A stretch of 64,000 bases of DNA. Origin: Amoebidium appalachense (lineage: Eukaryota > Protista > Ichthyosporea). The translations under genes were made by a program, and so were the position numbers. The stretch is from positions 6,157,921 to 6,221,920 of the forward strand of contig CAVNZM010000011.1 of the NCBI GenBank assembly GCA_963693365.1. Direction: 5' to 3'. The number at the start of each line of letters is the position of its first letter. Position 1 is the stretch's first letter. Positions 1-43,663 of the stretch are shown one piece after another. The notes beneath the pieces are model-generated. The model was not told the origin of the DNA and made no database searches. It was given only the letters and a program-made list of their open reading frames with translations.

Positions 1-476
1 TGTAGAAACTCTTACTTAAATAAATTAAGTAATTATACATCTAGTCACTATTAACTCACATATATATTTATGTTCGTCTCTATAAAGAAACTTATTTAAA
101 TACATATATTTCCTAATAGTCGACACTCTCAAAGTGAAGACACTTTGCAATAAACCGAATTCCATATATATCTATTGTCCAATCACAACACACATATATT
201 AACAGACAGGAATGCACAACACAATCTACAGATGTACTCGCTCGCGACTATTGGCGAGCCATCCTTTTGAGAACAAACTAGGCCATTTTGAAATAAAGGA
301 AAGACAACGAGTGAGGCTAGCCAATCAAGCTACCTCTCAGATAAACAGAGGAGAGCAAACAGAAGTAAAATACAATAAGTTCTTATCAGGCAAGAGAGCC
401 AGGTGTGCACAGATCTACAGATATCTGTGCCCACAGAAACAAGGGAGAGAGAGATACGGGGGGGGGGGGGGGGGGG

Positions 477-525
<49 letters not shown>

Positions 526-574
526 GGAGAGAGAGGGAGAGCACAAAGAAGGAAAGCAGACACGAATACAAACA

Positions 575-1364
575 AGCTAGGACACATACATACTTCAAGG
601 CTCTTGCTGTCATACATGGTGACGTATTCCAACAGGTACACCTGCTGTGGCACATTCCCTATTTGGACCAGGCCATCCTTGCAACCATGAAGAAGTCTTA
701 CGGCAGGGCCCACCAGACCACCACCGCCACCCCGCCCGACCCAAAACGGTTTGACGCGCCCTGGGTCACCGGCCTGCTCATCGCACACTTGGGCCGGCAG
801 GACCCTGACGGTGACCGCTGGCTAGCGGGGGTGCTGTTGAGCTACCTGTTTGGCCTACGGTGGAGCACCGCTGCTGCAGTACAGGTGGGGGACCTGACCT
901 GGGGGGACCCCACCCCCACTGGAGCCCGACGCCTCCACCTGACCTTTCGAACCATCAAGCAGGCAGCTGGCAAGCAGATTCGGCCCCCTGTGCGCCACCG
1001 CATGGTTCCCCCCATGTGTGCACAGCTGTTAATGCGCGCCTGCGCGCACGGCCGGCAGCCCACCAGCCCCCTCCTGCCGTGCCCCAACGCTACCAAGGCC
1101 GTCAGCTGGCTGCGCAGCGCGGTGCAGGCCCTCGGCGTGCTCCCCGCCCTGGCTACCGGCATCACCTGGCACTGCCTCCATCACGGCATGGTCGGCGCTG
1201 CTCGTGCAATCGGCATCCCCTTTGCAGTCATCAAGCACCTGGGGGTGTGGGACCTCACCGGCCAAACCCCTGAGGACAACTACGGGTTGGGCCACTGCCC
1301 TACCCCCGATGACCACGAGTACTTCAGCGACCTGCGCGAGTTGGACCCTGTGCGACTGTCGTAA
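575..1364 (+). mobile_element. Tyrosine recombinase (YR) fragment of a DIRS/Ngaro/Crypton-like element, probably decayed
   Basis: GC-rich, intronless part of ORF 405-1364. YR motifs appear in order: LFGLRWS (Arg-I, codon 858-860), TWHCLHHG (HxxR box, here HxxH), LGVWD (His/Trp) and DNYG (Tyr). The ORF N-terminus is only poly-G/(GA)n read-through. No RT or RNase H partner is seen in the window. Confidence 0.75.
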
Positions 1365-1779
1365 ACTGTGCTCGAAAATGTACTGTATATTATGTAAAGT
1401 GTGGTGAATTTTGATCGACACTAATCTAGTGGGTTTTAGTTGTCGTTGCAGAGCAAAAATTCGCATAGTGGACGTAGGTAGCAGTATAAGTTATAAATGT
1501 CTGAATTGATTGGACAATTCCATTTATTAGCTTATTCTTCGGCCGTCTGATTGGGCCACAATGGTTATGTGGCCAATCAGCGGCCTGGTAGAGGAGGCTT
1601 ATGGGTTTATAAGCCGACCTTAGATCGGTCGTCTATTAGCATATTCCCCGTCGCCTCCTCTCTCATCGCCCACCCTCCCGCCCGCACATATTTTCTTTCC
1701 CCGTCGCAGCTTTCAAGCTTAATTCGACACACACACACACACACACAGACACACAGACACACAGACACACAGACACACA

Positions 1780-1819
<40 letters not shown>

Positions 1820-1917
1820 CACACACACACATGACACACACACATGTGCGCACGTGCACACCACACACACGCTTGCGCGCGCGGACGCACACAACATAGA
1901 TATCTGCACACGGGCAT

Positions 1918-1968
<51 letters not shown>

Positions 1969-2505
1969 ATGTGTGTGTGTGTCTGGGGGTATGTGCTCCC
2001 TCGGTAGCAGTAGCTTCTAGTGGATTCGGTCCAGTGGGCCGAGTCGGGTTTGTGTATTTTGGGACGATTCGATCCGGTATTGTGTAGTGTGAGTCGAGCC
2101 AATAAAGCAATGAAAAGCAGTATAAGAATTACCACCATATCATATATGACTAAATTTAGAAAGAATCAATTGGATAACAATGCACCACATAGAAAGCACA
2201 TGTACACGTGTTTGAGCTTCGAAGTTCGAAGTTTCACAAGCACGCTGCACGTCAATATGCATATGTGGGGGTTTATGCACTTTGTATTGCTGCGGACATC
2301 GTCAGGGGCCCAGCCAGTCTGTCAAGTAGCTCGGGCCGCCCGCCAAAAACTTTTCACTAAGCAAATTTACCACGGATGTTCTAGGTCTGAAACCCTCCCC
2401 AATTGGAAAAAACACAAAACAAAACATAAATAACAAAACACAGGCGGACGTGCTTTTGACCATAGTTCCCCTTCTCAATACCTTTCTTTCACACCATCCC
2501 CTACA

Positions 2506-12483
<9,978 letters not shown>

Positions 12484-14089
12484 GTGGTTGTTGGTTTTTT
12501 CGTTCTATTTGATATTTTGTTTTTTAAAATTTAAACCAGCAAGGGGGAAGTGTTTGCGGTATTTGATTGGGAAATACTAACAGCATGTGATATCGGTTGG
12601 TGTAACCGACGTGGGAATAGTTGTTGCTTCAATGCAATTGGCAATATTTTGGCCCGATATTCCTGCTTTTTTTTGTGTTTTTCAACTCATTAGATTGATT
12701 CAGTTTGTATTGAATGGGTTCGAAACACTGTCACATGCACACCGCTCAAGTTGTGCCATACTTGTGATGTTATAATACAAATGGTGTGTAGCATTCGGTG
12801 TAAATTTAAGAAGGGTCAGCTTACGTTTTTCATTTTACGGCTAAGTTGGCGTTCGAGGTCGCCGGGAGTACCTTTAGTCGGGTCTATCTCCAAACTCCTA
12901 TGTACATATAGTTTTTTTTTTCTTCTTCTTCTTTTTTTGTTGTTTCATACGCATTCTCTACCTGCCCCTCTGATCTCTGATGAATAAAACGAAGGACTCG
13001 ATGGCATGAATGTTTCAAAACAAGCTTGCTCGCTTGCGTGCATTATGTATGTCAATTCTATGACACACAAACCCAACTTTGATTTGTGTGGTGTAGTGTA
13101 TATGTGTGATCATGACAAGCACTAACCTTGGGATCAACACACATTTATTCATTTATTGGCTACACTCTCCAGCAAACAGGCCAACGTCCCAGGTGTTGCG
13201 GTCACACAAATACACCATTACAGGCATGCCCATACATGTATGATATTTACTAGAAAGTGCACAGCCATCATATATCAGTGTCATGCATGATAACGGGTAA
13301 CCCAAGAAAATCCACTATGGCAGCAATACTGTAACAGATACACACCAATCATACTGCAGACGACATTTATTTATATTAGCATATATCCACTTATTTGTCT
13401 ATGTATATAGCAACTATAAGTTGCCATGGAACATCACATTTCTGCATACAGTACACACGGGTTCCACACTTTTCTATGCCTGAAGTATTTCGATGTTTCA
13501 TTTTTCTATTTCAGAGTCGTAAATTCGAGGTTAAAAAATACTCGCAATCACGCGAATACCACACGTGCACAAGCCCGCAAAAAACCCAACTACACTTACC
13601 GAACCCACATAATCGCATACTATACGATGCAGGGCCATCAATTTAAACGATTAGCTGAATATTGACTCGCATGTTACAGGCACATTCTCAGGTCAACTGC
13701 ACACACACACAGCATGAAAACCCTGACGCTACTATACAAATCATGCGCCCGACTTCTTCTTCTTCATCTTTTTTTTTTTTTGGCCCGCACAGAAAAAAAG
13801 AACGAAAGTAGAGACATTGACCCAGATGCACAAAAAACAAAAACTGTACCATGTACACGTGCAATAAATCACGTGCTGTTGCAAAGGAAATTAAATAGAA
13901 CCCCCCCCCCCCCCCCTTAAATAAATAAATAAAATAAAATTTTTATACTCCACAGCCAAAATCACGAGGAGGGATACGCTCGAACAGACCCGGAGGGTTG
14001 GAAAGGAGCAGAGGGGAGGGTGGGTGATTGTGGAGGTTGAATGAAAAAGGGGGGGGGGGGGGGGGGGGGGGGGGGGGAGGAGCGTCTGT

Positions 14090-22826
<8,737 letters not shown>

Positions 22827-23926
22827 TTTGGCTGCATGTGCGTACACCTCTTTTCAAGCATGCGATCGAAAGAAGAGTGAAGGAGGGTGCTCAAAAGTAA
22901 ACGGGTATGTATGGTCAGGGAGAAAAGGCACCAGTGGAGAAAGGTGCAGAGGGGGGGAAGGGGGGGGAGATGTTTTGAGCCTGTGAGAAAATTGGGTGAA
23001 GAAGGGTGTTCAATAATAAACCGATTTGTACTGTTGGGCAGAAAATACACAAGTGGAGAGAGGTCGAGCGAGAATGTGGTAGATGAAGGGAGGTTAGGGT
23101 GTGTGTGTTGAGTCTGTGAGAAAATTCGAAAATGGTTAAAGATCAAACGCTTCAACTACAACAATATTTCACGTTTTTGAAAAGTGGAACATCCGAGAAC
23201 GACAAGTGGAACAGGCTGGGCCAACTCAACCGGTCTGTGAAGATATCAATTGAGATAGCTCCTATACAAATTACAAGAAGAAAAAGGATATGCGTCCTTT
23301 TATTTTATATCGATGAACAGAAATAAAAGATAACAACTAGATAACAAATGTTACAAATACGCACTCTGATCTTGGAGGACATGTGGAGCGACTGATTCCG
23401 CGTGCGTGTCAACGGTTCACTTAGACCGTCCGACGTTTGAAGTTTTATGCTAAAAAGGAGGATTTCTGAAGGGATTTCTCACAATTGTTTTCATTTCTAA
23501 GGTTTTATAGGTTGTGCTGATTTAATTAAGAGATTCCCTATATATTTCAGGTTTATGTTTGTGTTTTTCACACGAAACAGAAAGGCCGGGATCTAGTTGT
23601 TTGGACCCAAACATCCCGAAAAAAAGAGAGAGAAAAAAAAGTCACAAGACTGCAGTTGGCTGACACGCATTTATACAGTCTAGCTGTATAGACACAGACA
23701 CACACACACCCGAAGACACGCACACACACGGACATACCAAGGACACAAATTATACATACGCTCGGTTGTTATCCTCACTTTTTCTTTTTCCTTATTCACT
23801 CGGGTTTTTCCTTCCCTGACATAATCTTTTCCCCTTCCTTCATTCTTTCCCCTCCTCCCCTTGCCTATTTCCCCCTCTTTTCTTCATTCAAATTTTCTGT
23901 GTCTCAAACGAGGCTGTCAAGCAAAA

Positions 23927-25111
23927 ATGGCCAACGCACAACCAAACATCCCCGTCCCAGTTAAGCAACTCAGGCCGCTTGCCCCCATGGCCATGAGCAA
24001 CGACCTTGTAGATGACACGGTGAAACTAGCCAAGCAGCTGCCACGAAGCACCCGGTCAGACACATACTACGCACTGGGGAAGAACCTCGCAAACATCAAG
24101 GAGAACAAGCTATACAAGAAGGTGACAAACTCAAACGGGATGCTCATCACCTCATGGAAGTCATTTGTTCAATCAAAACTCGCCGCTGAGAACATCACGA
24201 CCATTCGCTATGCAGACGATCTCATCGCAGCAGCGAAAACGGTGGATGAGCTAATGGCTGAGGGCGTGTCTGAGTCGCATACACCAATCACCCCCTTCCA
24301 CGCACGGCTTCTGAGGAGAAAGTTCATCAACAAAACACGTGCTGAAATGGCGCAGTACTGGCGCGAAACCATCGCAAAATACAACAACAATCCAGAAAAA
24401 GTGACCTCGCACGACCTCGGTTACAAGAAGAGCGCCTACAAGCAGAAGGAGGAGCCGGCGGATGTCGATATGAGCGATGCCGATGAACATGGCGAACAAG
24501 CAGCTGTCCAGAACGAAATGGTGTTGAATCATCCAGACACCAAGGTGTGGTTTACGCCGCCACACGTAATGCAGCTCGCATGTTCCCTGCTTCAACCAAA
24601 CGGTATCGATTTGGACATTGCAAGTTTGGCGGTGGCGGCTGAGGTTTTCTCCACCTCTGAAGAGGAAAATGCAGACACGGCTGGGATGAAGAAATATGAA
24701 GAGATACTTCAGCGGCCTTGGTTTGCTGGAACTGTTTTTCTTAAGGTAAGACATGTCGATGTGCTATGAATGGTAGATTTGCGATATTGCTCGGATGGCA
24801 AGACAAAATTTGCATTGTGAAGGTCTCCATAATCGGGGTTATGGGGGAGTTTGTTCTGAAGGTAAGATGGACGATATGCTATGAATGGTAAGAGTTGTGT
24901 TGTTGCTCAGACGGTACTACTTAAAGACAAAACGTAGCGTGGACTATGAAGCCCTCTTCAATCAGGGTTATGGGGAATTGTGTGATGGGTTGTTCTGGGT
25001 TCGTGGGTGTGACTGGGAAACAGTCCCTTTTGAAACCTGTTTTCTACTACAATGAGCACGTCACATGATGCAAGTTTTGTGTCATATATTGAAAGTGATG
25101 TTATGCCCCCC

Positions 25112-25143
<32 letters not shown>

Positions 25144-25509
25144 TCCCCTCTCCCCTCCCTTCTCTTCCTTTTCAGGCCTCCCTTCATGTCCTCCCACCCC
25201 CTTCCCCCCATACACACACACACACACACATACATTCCCTCGCTTTTGCCTTGGCTTGTCGCCCATGATTTATACATAGAGGGAAAGGCACACACATATG
25301 GACAGGTACAACACTTCCCCCCTCCTCTCCCCCTTCCTCCCCCCGCCCCCCCCCCCCCTCCTCCCCCCCTCCCAGAACAAAGACACCCGAACTCGCACGT
25401 GCACATGCACATGGCACATCACTTGATCTTCTGGTTTGTGCCTCGTGCTTTGTCGTCTTTGAGCTACCCGATGCATACTTTTCCTCATCCCCCACCACAT
25501 TCCTCCCCA

Positions 25510-25543
<34 letters not shown>

Positions 25544-25995
25544 ACACGCACGCACACACACGCACACACACATGAACACACACATACACACACACACGCC
25601 CACGCGGCCATGTGCACACTCATACGGAATCGGGTCACACACACACATGCACACACACACACGAACACACACTCACGCACACACGCGCGCACACACACAC
25701 ACACATGCACACACACATGAACGAACACACACACACACACACACACACGCACAGGTGCCGCCAGAGAGTCCCAGCGACATGATTGACCCGTTCTCCGACA
25801 CCACACAGTGCCAGTTTGCGCAAAAATTCTTCTATGAATTTCATGCCGGGCACTTCAAGGAGGGTGTGGCGGTGGTTAGAACTGCCCTGGGACAACCATG
25901 GTAAGTGGTGAGGGGAAGGGGGGGGGGGGGGGGGAGGGGGGGGGGGGTGTGTGTGTGTGGGGGGGGGGGGGGGGGGGAGAAGGGTGTGTGTGTAT

Positions 25996-26033
<38 letters not shown>

Positions 26034-26222
26034 AGTTGTGTGTTTCTTCTTCTGTGATGCTTTCTGTGATACATATGGTGGGAGTTTCGTGTGTATGTGC
26101 TGGACTGCCCTGGGACAACCATGGTAAGCGGTGAGGGGAAGGGGGGGGGGGGGGGGGGGGGGGGGGAAGGGGGTGTGTGTGTGGGGGGGGGGGGGGGGGG
26201 GAGGGAAAGGGTGTGTGTGTGT

Positions 26223-26268
<46 letters not shown>

Positions 26269-27616
26269 AGTTGTGTGTTTCTTCTTCTGTGATGCTTTCT
26301 GTGATACATATGGTGGGAGTTTCGTGTGTATGTGCTGGGAATGGGAAAGGGGGTGGGGTGGGGGGGGGGGGGGGGGGGAGCAGGGAGGGTGTTCCATCGG
26401 AAAAAGAAAGTGGGAAGTGGAAGTAAATGGGCTTCTGTTTTGGTTGGTTGGTATGTTGGTCTTCTTGAGGTGGTTGTGTGTGCTTGTATGTCCGGATTTG
26501 AGTTATTTAGGCCTGCAAGCTTTTATGCTTGTGTGCTTGTACGCCTGCTCCCTTGATTTTCCTACCGCTGATTATAATTAGACTGGGCGCGCTACTACTT
26601 TTTCACTGATTTTTAGGATTTGGATGTTGGGTGTGCTTGTATGCCTGTGTTCTCAAATACCTGTGTGCTTGTATGCTTTTATGCACATTTGCCCACGTGT
26701 CTGTATGCATGCATGGTTGTCTGCTTGTATGCTTGTGCTTGTGTGCTTATATGCATGTCCGTGTGCCTTTGCGCCTGTGTGCGTGTATGCCTGTATGCCT
26801 GTATGCCTGTGTGCTTGTATGCCTGTGTTCTTGAATACATGTGTGCTTGTATGCTTTCATGCATATATGCCTATGTGCCTGTATGCATGCATGGTTGTCT
26901 GCCTATATGGCTGGGTGCCTGTATACCTGTGTGCCTCTATGCTTATACGCCTGTGTGCTTGCATGCCTGTGCACTTGTGCACTTGTGTGCTTGTGTGCTT
27001 GTGTGCTTGTGTGTTTGTGTGCTTGTTGCCTGTGTGCTTGCATATCTGTACGGATTGTTGACACGGTGCTTTGTGTGTCAGGTGTGTCCGCCCATATGCA
27101 TTTGTATAGCTGTGTAACATTCCCATGTGCACCCTTACCCTCACGCTTTAAACATGCTGCCGCTTGGTGCACGTAGACGGAGATTCCCATTATTCAAGCT
27201 GAACGGAGCACCTGACCACTACCAAAGTTGTATAGTAATAACCCGTGCTTTAGCGATGCTTTGTGCTTTCGTCTTCTGTTGTCTCCACTTTTTGTGATTC
27301 GAGCCCTTTACGGGAAACGTCTCCCCCCCCCCCCCCCCCCCCACCCCCACCCCACCCCCCACCCCCCCCCTTCCTCCCCTTCCTCCTCTTCCCTTGCCAA
27401 CCGCACACACCCAAACGCCGACCATCAGATCACACACCCCGCATGGTCCCTCCTCTTCCCCTTCACCTCCTTTTTCTCGATTCATTTCTTTCGATAATTA
27501 TTCCTTTCCGTATGCCCTTCTCGATCCCACTGCCGCAGTTTATACCCAGTTCGTTACTTTTCTAACTCACCCCCCATCCCGATCCCCCTCCCTCTTCCTG
27601 AACATACATACAGACA

Positions 27617-27675
<59 letters not shown>

Positions 27676-28177
27676 AACACGCACACACAAACACGTACCC
27701 ACACACACACACACAAACACGTACACACACACACACACACACACAAACACAACACACAACACACAAACACGTGCACACACACAACACACACACACACACA
27801 CGTACACACACGTACACACACGTACCCATGTACACAGGTTCCTTCAACTTCTATCGCAAGCCCCCCACGTCCTTCTCACCAATCAACCAGAAGCCCCCCC
27901 CAAGCCACCAACCAAACCCCCACGTCAGTCCTCTGCTCTAAACTCCCTCTCCGGCCCGGAACGCTCCGCTGTAGCGGGAATTCTAGGCCTTTCCGGAAAA
28001 GATTTACCCGTTGTTCAGACAGCTGCAAACAAGATGAATTTTGTGGTGAGGGAGGTGTCATACTGCGTGTTTTACGTGGGGCCCAACGTGAACCAGTTTT
28101 GCGCGGCGTTTGCTCCTCTTGGCGTTATCCCTGGATATAATAGCTGGTCCCATAAAGCGACGATGATTATGTCATAG
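23927..28177 (+). CDS. ParB-type HTH fused to a phage-Dam-like DNA N6-adenine methyltransferase domain (catalytic motif degenerate)
   Basis: Exons 23927-24745, 25755-25900 and 27838-28177 join in frame. N-terminus ALGKNLANIKENKLYK...SWKSFVQSKL...YADDLIAAAKTV...HARLL. MTase region VWFTPPHV...IDLDIAS...PWFAGTVFLK|VPPES...EGVAVVRTALGQPW|FLQLL...YCVFYVGPNVNQFCAAFAPLG. Family assignment is by motif recognition only. Confidence 0.75.
26620..27060. repeat. Degenerate tandem repeat built from TGTGTGCT/TGTATGCC-like 8-mers
   Basis: Recurrent tgtgtgcttgtatgcc units in intron 2 of the methyltransferase gene. Confidence 0.75.
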
Positions 28178-28333
28178 TGTATATATATTGGTGTTTCTGC
28201 GGCGGATGGGTGTTTGGATGTGATTCTTTAATTGTTTGAAGTGCGTATGATAGGCAGATGTTGGTTTGTAAACACCCCCCCCCCCCTTCTCCCCCCCCCC
28301 CCCGCGCGCAAAAAAAAAAAAAAGAAAACACCA

Positions 28334-28366
<33 letters not shown>

Positions 28367-28770
28367 ACACACACACACACACACAGGAAGTCAGGCAGAT
28401 TGAAAGAAAGAAAAAGGCAGTGGCGGGGGGAGGTGGGGGGGGGAGGGGGGGGACCCGTTCTCGTTTGGCAGTGCACTTTTGTTGATGTTCAGATGAAGGT
28501 GGTGTTTGCATACTTTTTTTTTTAGGCCCCGTTGCCAGTTGTTTTTAATACCTAGCTGCCGGCTCTGCTTGACGTTGTTTATGGATGATACCACTGTGTG
28601 TATACACACAGACCTGCAGCATGTGTGCGTAATAGAAGGCTACGATGTAATTGGGAAATTTGGATATGATGCCGTGTTCTATGTTACACTACTACATAAA
28701 CAAGGGATGTATTCACGAACCAATGGCCTGACAGTGTGATGCAATGTTGTAAAGGCCCACTTGCAAGGAA

Positions 28771-28828
<58 letters not shown>

Positions 28829-28907
28829 GCACGCAGTGCCACGCGCGCACACACACACCCACATACAGAAGCGCGCGCACACACACGCAGGCACGCACAT
28901 GCACACC

Positions 28908-28938
<31 letters not shown>

Positions 28939-29313
28939 AAAAAAAAAAAAAAAAGAGGGGGGGGGGCTTCGGGTTCCTCGAGCTCTCTTAAGTTAGCATA
29001 ATAAATGAGTCACTCGTGTATTACTTTATGTATGTTCATCTTTTTCTCAACTAATAAAAGGGACGTTTGTGTACATAAGCACCTTAACGCAGAGTCGATC
29101 TGTAAATAGTGCCGGCAAATGCAAAGCAAATTCAAACAGAACGAGATCTTGACGGAGCCGGCAGAACCAGATGTGCAGTATCTATGTTAATTAAAAAGTA
29201 GCTCGCCCAAATCATTGAGTAGTGAGTAGCTCGCCCATAGCTTTCCGCGGCCGCCGCGCTACGTGTTGCCCTTATCAGTGACTGACGTGTGTACTGTGTG
29301 CACGTGTGTTGTA

Positions 29314-29354
<41 letters not shown>

Positions 29355-29479
29355 CCTGTATGTGGGTAAGTATTATGACAGTGGGTGCGTGCGTGGTGCG
29401 TACGTGTGGATGTGTGTGTGTGTGCGTGTGTGTGTGGTACGTATACTTAATCACGTGTGTGCTTCTGCATCAGTGTGTA

Positions 29480-29521
<42 letters not shown>

Positions 29522-29567
29522 TGTACTGTGTGTGTGTGTGTGTGTGTGTGTACATGTGTGTGTGTGT

Positions 29568-29619
<52 letters not shown>

Positions 29620-30171
29620 GTGTGCACGTGTGTGTGTTGTGTTGTGTCTGTGTATGTGTGTGTGTGTAAGTATACTGTACGTACGACATACCCACATCCT
29701 GAAGGGCCGTAGACCCCACCGGACCCGGTTGGGGGAAAGGCGGGGGGGGGGGGGGGGGGCGGGGGGGGGGCCGGGGGGGGGGGCCGGGGTGGCCGGGGCT
29801 CCTGCTCCTCCTAGATCTATGTAGCTAGCTAGGGGGAGCTAAAAAAAGGTTTGCGCAATCACCTCTGATCTCCACCAGGAAAAGACCCTTTCTGTCAATG
29901 CCCAAGACTCACATAAACAACAGGGTTTGGCAGTACACCCACCTTATAATCATTTTACATTTACAGAAACAGAAGCGTTTACACTGTAATACAGGTGGGC
30001 TTTAGAACCACGTAGATTCTTTGCAGATCTTGCTCTGGCCGAAGGAAGCAGAATTAGAGAGAGCTGAGCGTGTAGTAGCTGAGCTTGCCCCGTTTCTCTC
30101 CCCATGAACATACAAGCCAAAGTCACTTAGTAACCAGACACAACACAAGCATTGAGATTTTCGACAACAGG

Positions 30172-41006
<10,835 letters not shown>

Positions 41007-42206
41007 TGCTATGCAAAATTCGGCGAATTTTTGTAGAGATGGCCAAGTAGTGATAACATAATATGTCCCGTACCTGGAGCATGTACATACATATGGGTAC
41101 GTGAGTGTGTGTGGGTGGGAATGGTGTGTGCGTGTGTGTGTGTGTGTGTGATGTTTGGGCGTGGGTGTGGTAGGTGTGCGTGCGTGTGTACGTGCGTGCG
41201 TGCGTGCGTGCGTGTGCATGTGCAAGGGGTGCGCGCGCGTGTGTGTGGACGGTCAGTGCGAGGGAATGGGGTTCTTCATATTTTTCGTAGTTTGCATGCA
41301 AGAAAGCGAAAGAGAAATGTCTGCTGTCCTTCAAGAGTGGTTCGAAATGCCAAGGATATTTGCTTCTATGAGATGATACCAGTATAATGTAATGTAATGG
41401 TAACTTGAAGCGTTATGTTACCGAAAAGAAGAGCCACGTAACGTTCGTAGTCGTTTTTCCAAACCCCCTAAGCGCAAATGGTAAATTGATAATCGTAATG
41501 TATATATATATGTCTTGGCTCCTAGCCTGTTAGAATCTCAAGCTTTCAAAAACTCGAGTTGGCGCCTCGGGTTGTTTCGGAAACTCATAAGTCGTGTGCA
41601 CCCCGTTATTCACGTATGCCAGGGTATACTGTTCTCGTGCTCATTGAATTTCCCCGATATCAATAATAATCCTAATAAACTTGAACTGTCTCTAGTGGCG
41701 AATATCCAGGTGTGTGTAATATGTGCACATGTGCTGCAGATTGCTTCAATGAATCTAGCTCTTAGAAACCTGAATGCAAGCGCGTACACCACCCTTTGGA
41801 TTGTCATGAGGCACACACACACACACACACACACACATGTATAACAAGTAATTATAAGCACAAACAAACACGTCCACCACCTGTAAATGCATGCACATGC
41901 ATGTATGAAACTTTTAATGTGTTTGGTGGTCTGTCCTCCACCGGGCTCTAAACCCCTCCTGTGAATGTGTCCGTATGTGATCGTAATGCTTTCCCTGTAC
42001 ATGTGACTTTAATATTAGGTCTCCTTTTGCTTCTCCTGAAATGTGTGTGTGTGTGTGTGTGTGATGTGTTGTGTGTGTGTGTGTGTGTGTGTGAGGAGGG
42101 TGGAGTAGTGTGTGTGTGTGTGTGTGTGTGTGCATGTGTGTGTGTGCGCTTGTGTGTGTGTGTGTGTGTATGTGATTGATATGGTGTATGCACGTGTGTG
42201 AACACA

Positions 42207-42247
<41 letters not shown>

Positions 42248-43185
42248 GGGGGGGGGGGGGGGAGTTGTAGTACCCTCCTGCATTACTGTATTCGTGTATA
42301 TCAGATCTACCTTTATTGCATGCCCACAAGATGCACAGCATCGTTCGGCAAATACACACATTCGATGTCGACAATTCTCCAAGCACATGCAATAAGCAAA
42401 GGCTAAAAACATGACCCATTTTACAGAGAGGACTGGCATCCAGAATCATATATATATACATGATTTTTATTTTTATTTTTATTTTTCCCGTCAGGTTTCA
42501 ATCCTGTACATGTGGAGGTTAATCATTGAATTATTCCCGCTTGAGAAAGCTATTCTCTTGCACCACGAACAAACACACGTACCCTACTAGCTACACTATT
42601 CTGCAGTAGCCAGCCGCACACCCTATAACACACCACGAACCAATGCAACTACTAAACCAAACGTTGGGCGCTTTCTCTCTCACTCTTTTTTTTTCTTTTT
42701 CTAGCCCTGGTTTTTTGCTCGACGTCTTCTGCACATATCCCCTCCTGTCTATTGAGACAACTTGGACCACCGTGAAATTTCATCAAACCAGTTCTGTTTC
42801 ACATGTCTTCCTCCAGATGTGCACGATGTTGCTCTTTATAAGGAATATGGCATTTTGGCAGAACACTCGAAGTTGCAAAACTTGGACGCTGCAAACGGAA
42901 TAATGAATATGGTCAGAGGTCAAATAAATCTTTTTCCTTTTCAATTTTTTTTTTCCCTGCCGTTGGTGTGCGTGTGCATGCCACGGTGTGTGGTGAGTGT
43001 GAGTTGTGAGTTGTGTGCGGTGGTGGTGGTGGTGGTGATGGTTTTTGCGCCCTGATTGAACCGTCTATCCCACATGATTACAAAGCCACATATGTAGCCA
43101 TACTCGGCAAGTATCTGTATACATCAAAGGTGACAAAAACAACAGGGGAAAGGGCCAACAAAAAGAGAGAAAACAAAAAGCAAAG

Positions 43186-43258
43186 CGCCCAACGTGGGGC
43201 TCGAACCCACGACCGCGAGATTAAGAGTCTCGCGCTCTACCGACTGAGCTAGCCGGGC
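43186..43258 (-). tRNA. tRNA-Lys(CTT)
   Basis: 73 nt GCCCGGCTAGCTCAGTCGGTAGAGCGCGAGACTCTTAATCTCGCGGTCGTGGGTTCGAGCCCCACGTTGGGCG; cloverleaf, A/B boxes, downstream T-run. Confidence 0.97.
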
Positions 43259-43511
43259 GATGTTCGACCTAACCACGACCACCTCAGGCTGGCAAGGGAG
43301 AGCATGATTCCACAAGAAAAGTGTTATTTTCGCGTTGTACCCTCTTGGCAATTGCCACAACAGTGCCATCACCGCTATATGATAGGTCCATGATAACTGT
43401 GAACCGGACAGGTCTACATATGCCAGTCTCCGAACCGATATAAGGTGTCTTCAATCCTCACTCACATGCCGAAGCGCAAGTGTGCAAAAATCAAGATCTC
43501 CCTACCGATGG

Positions 43512-43549
<38 letters not shown>

Positions 43550-43663
43550 AAAAAAGTTGCCCACAACGACGTCGACAATCGACAAATTGAAAAATCCTTC
43601 GAGCCACCTATGTAAAAAAAAAGGAAGAAGGGCAGAAAGAAAGGACCAAAACAAAAAAGGAAG

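Noticed and set aside
23170-23400. Extra N-terminal coding exons for the F-box/LRR gene
   Set aside because: The plausible splice from ATG 23382 meets an in-frame stop; more likely 5' UTR.
29150-29850. GC-rich motifs (AGTAGCTCGCCCA twice, NotI site, CTAG-rich end) suggesting a transposon terminus
   Set aside because: No matching partner terminus, TSD or second full copy in the window.
41500-43050. Possible small + strand gene (exon-like 42817-42911, DVHDVALYKEYGILAEHSKLQNLDAANGIMNM)
   Set aside because: No consistent exon chain or recognisable domain could be built.
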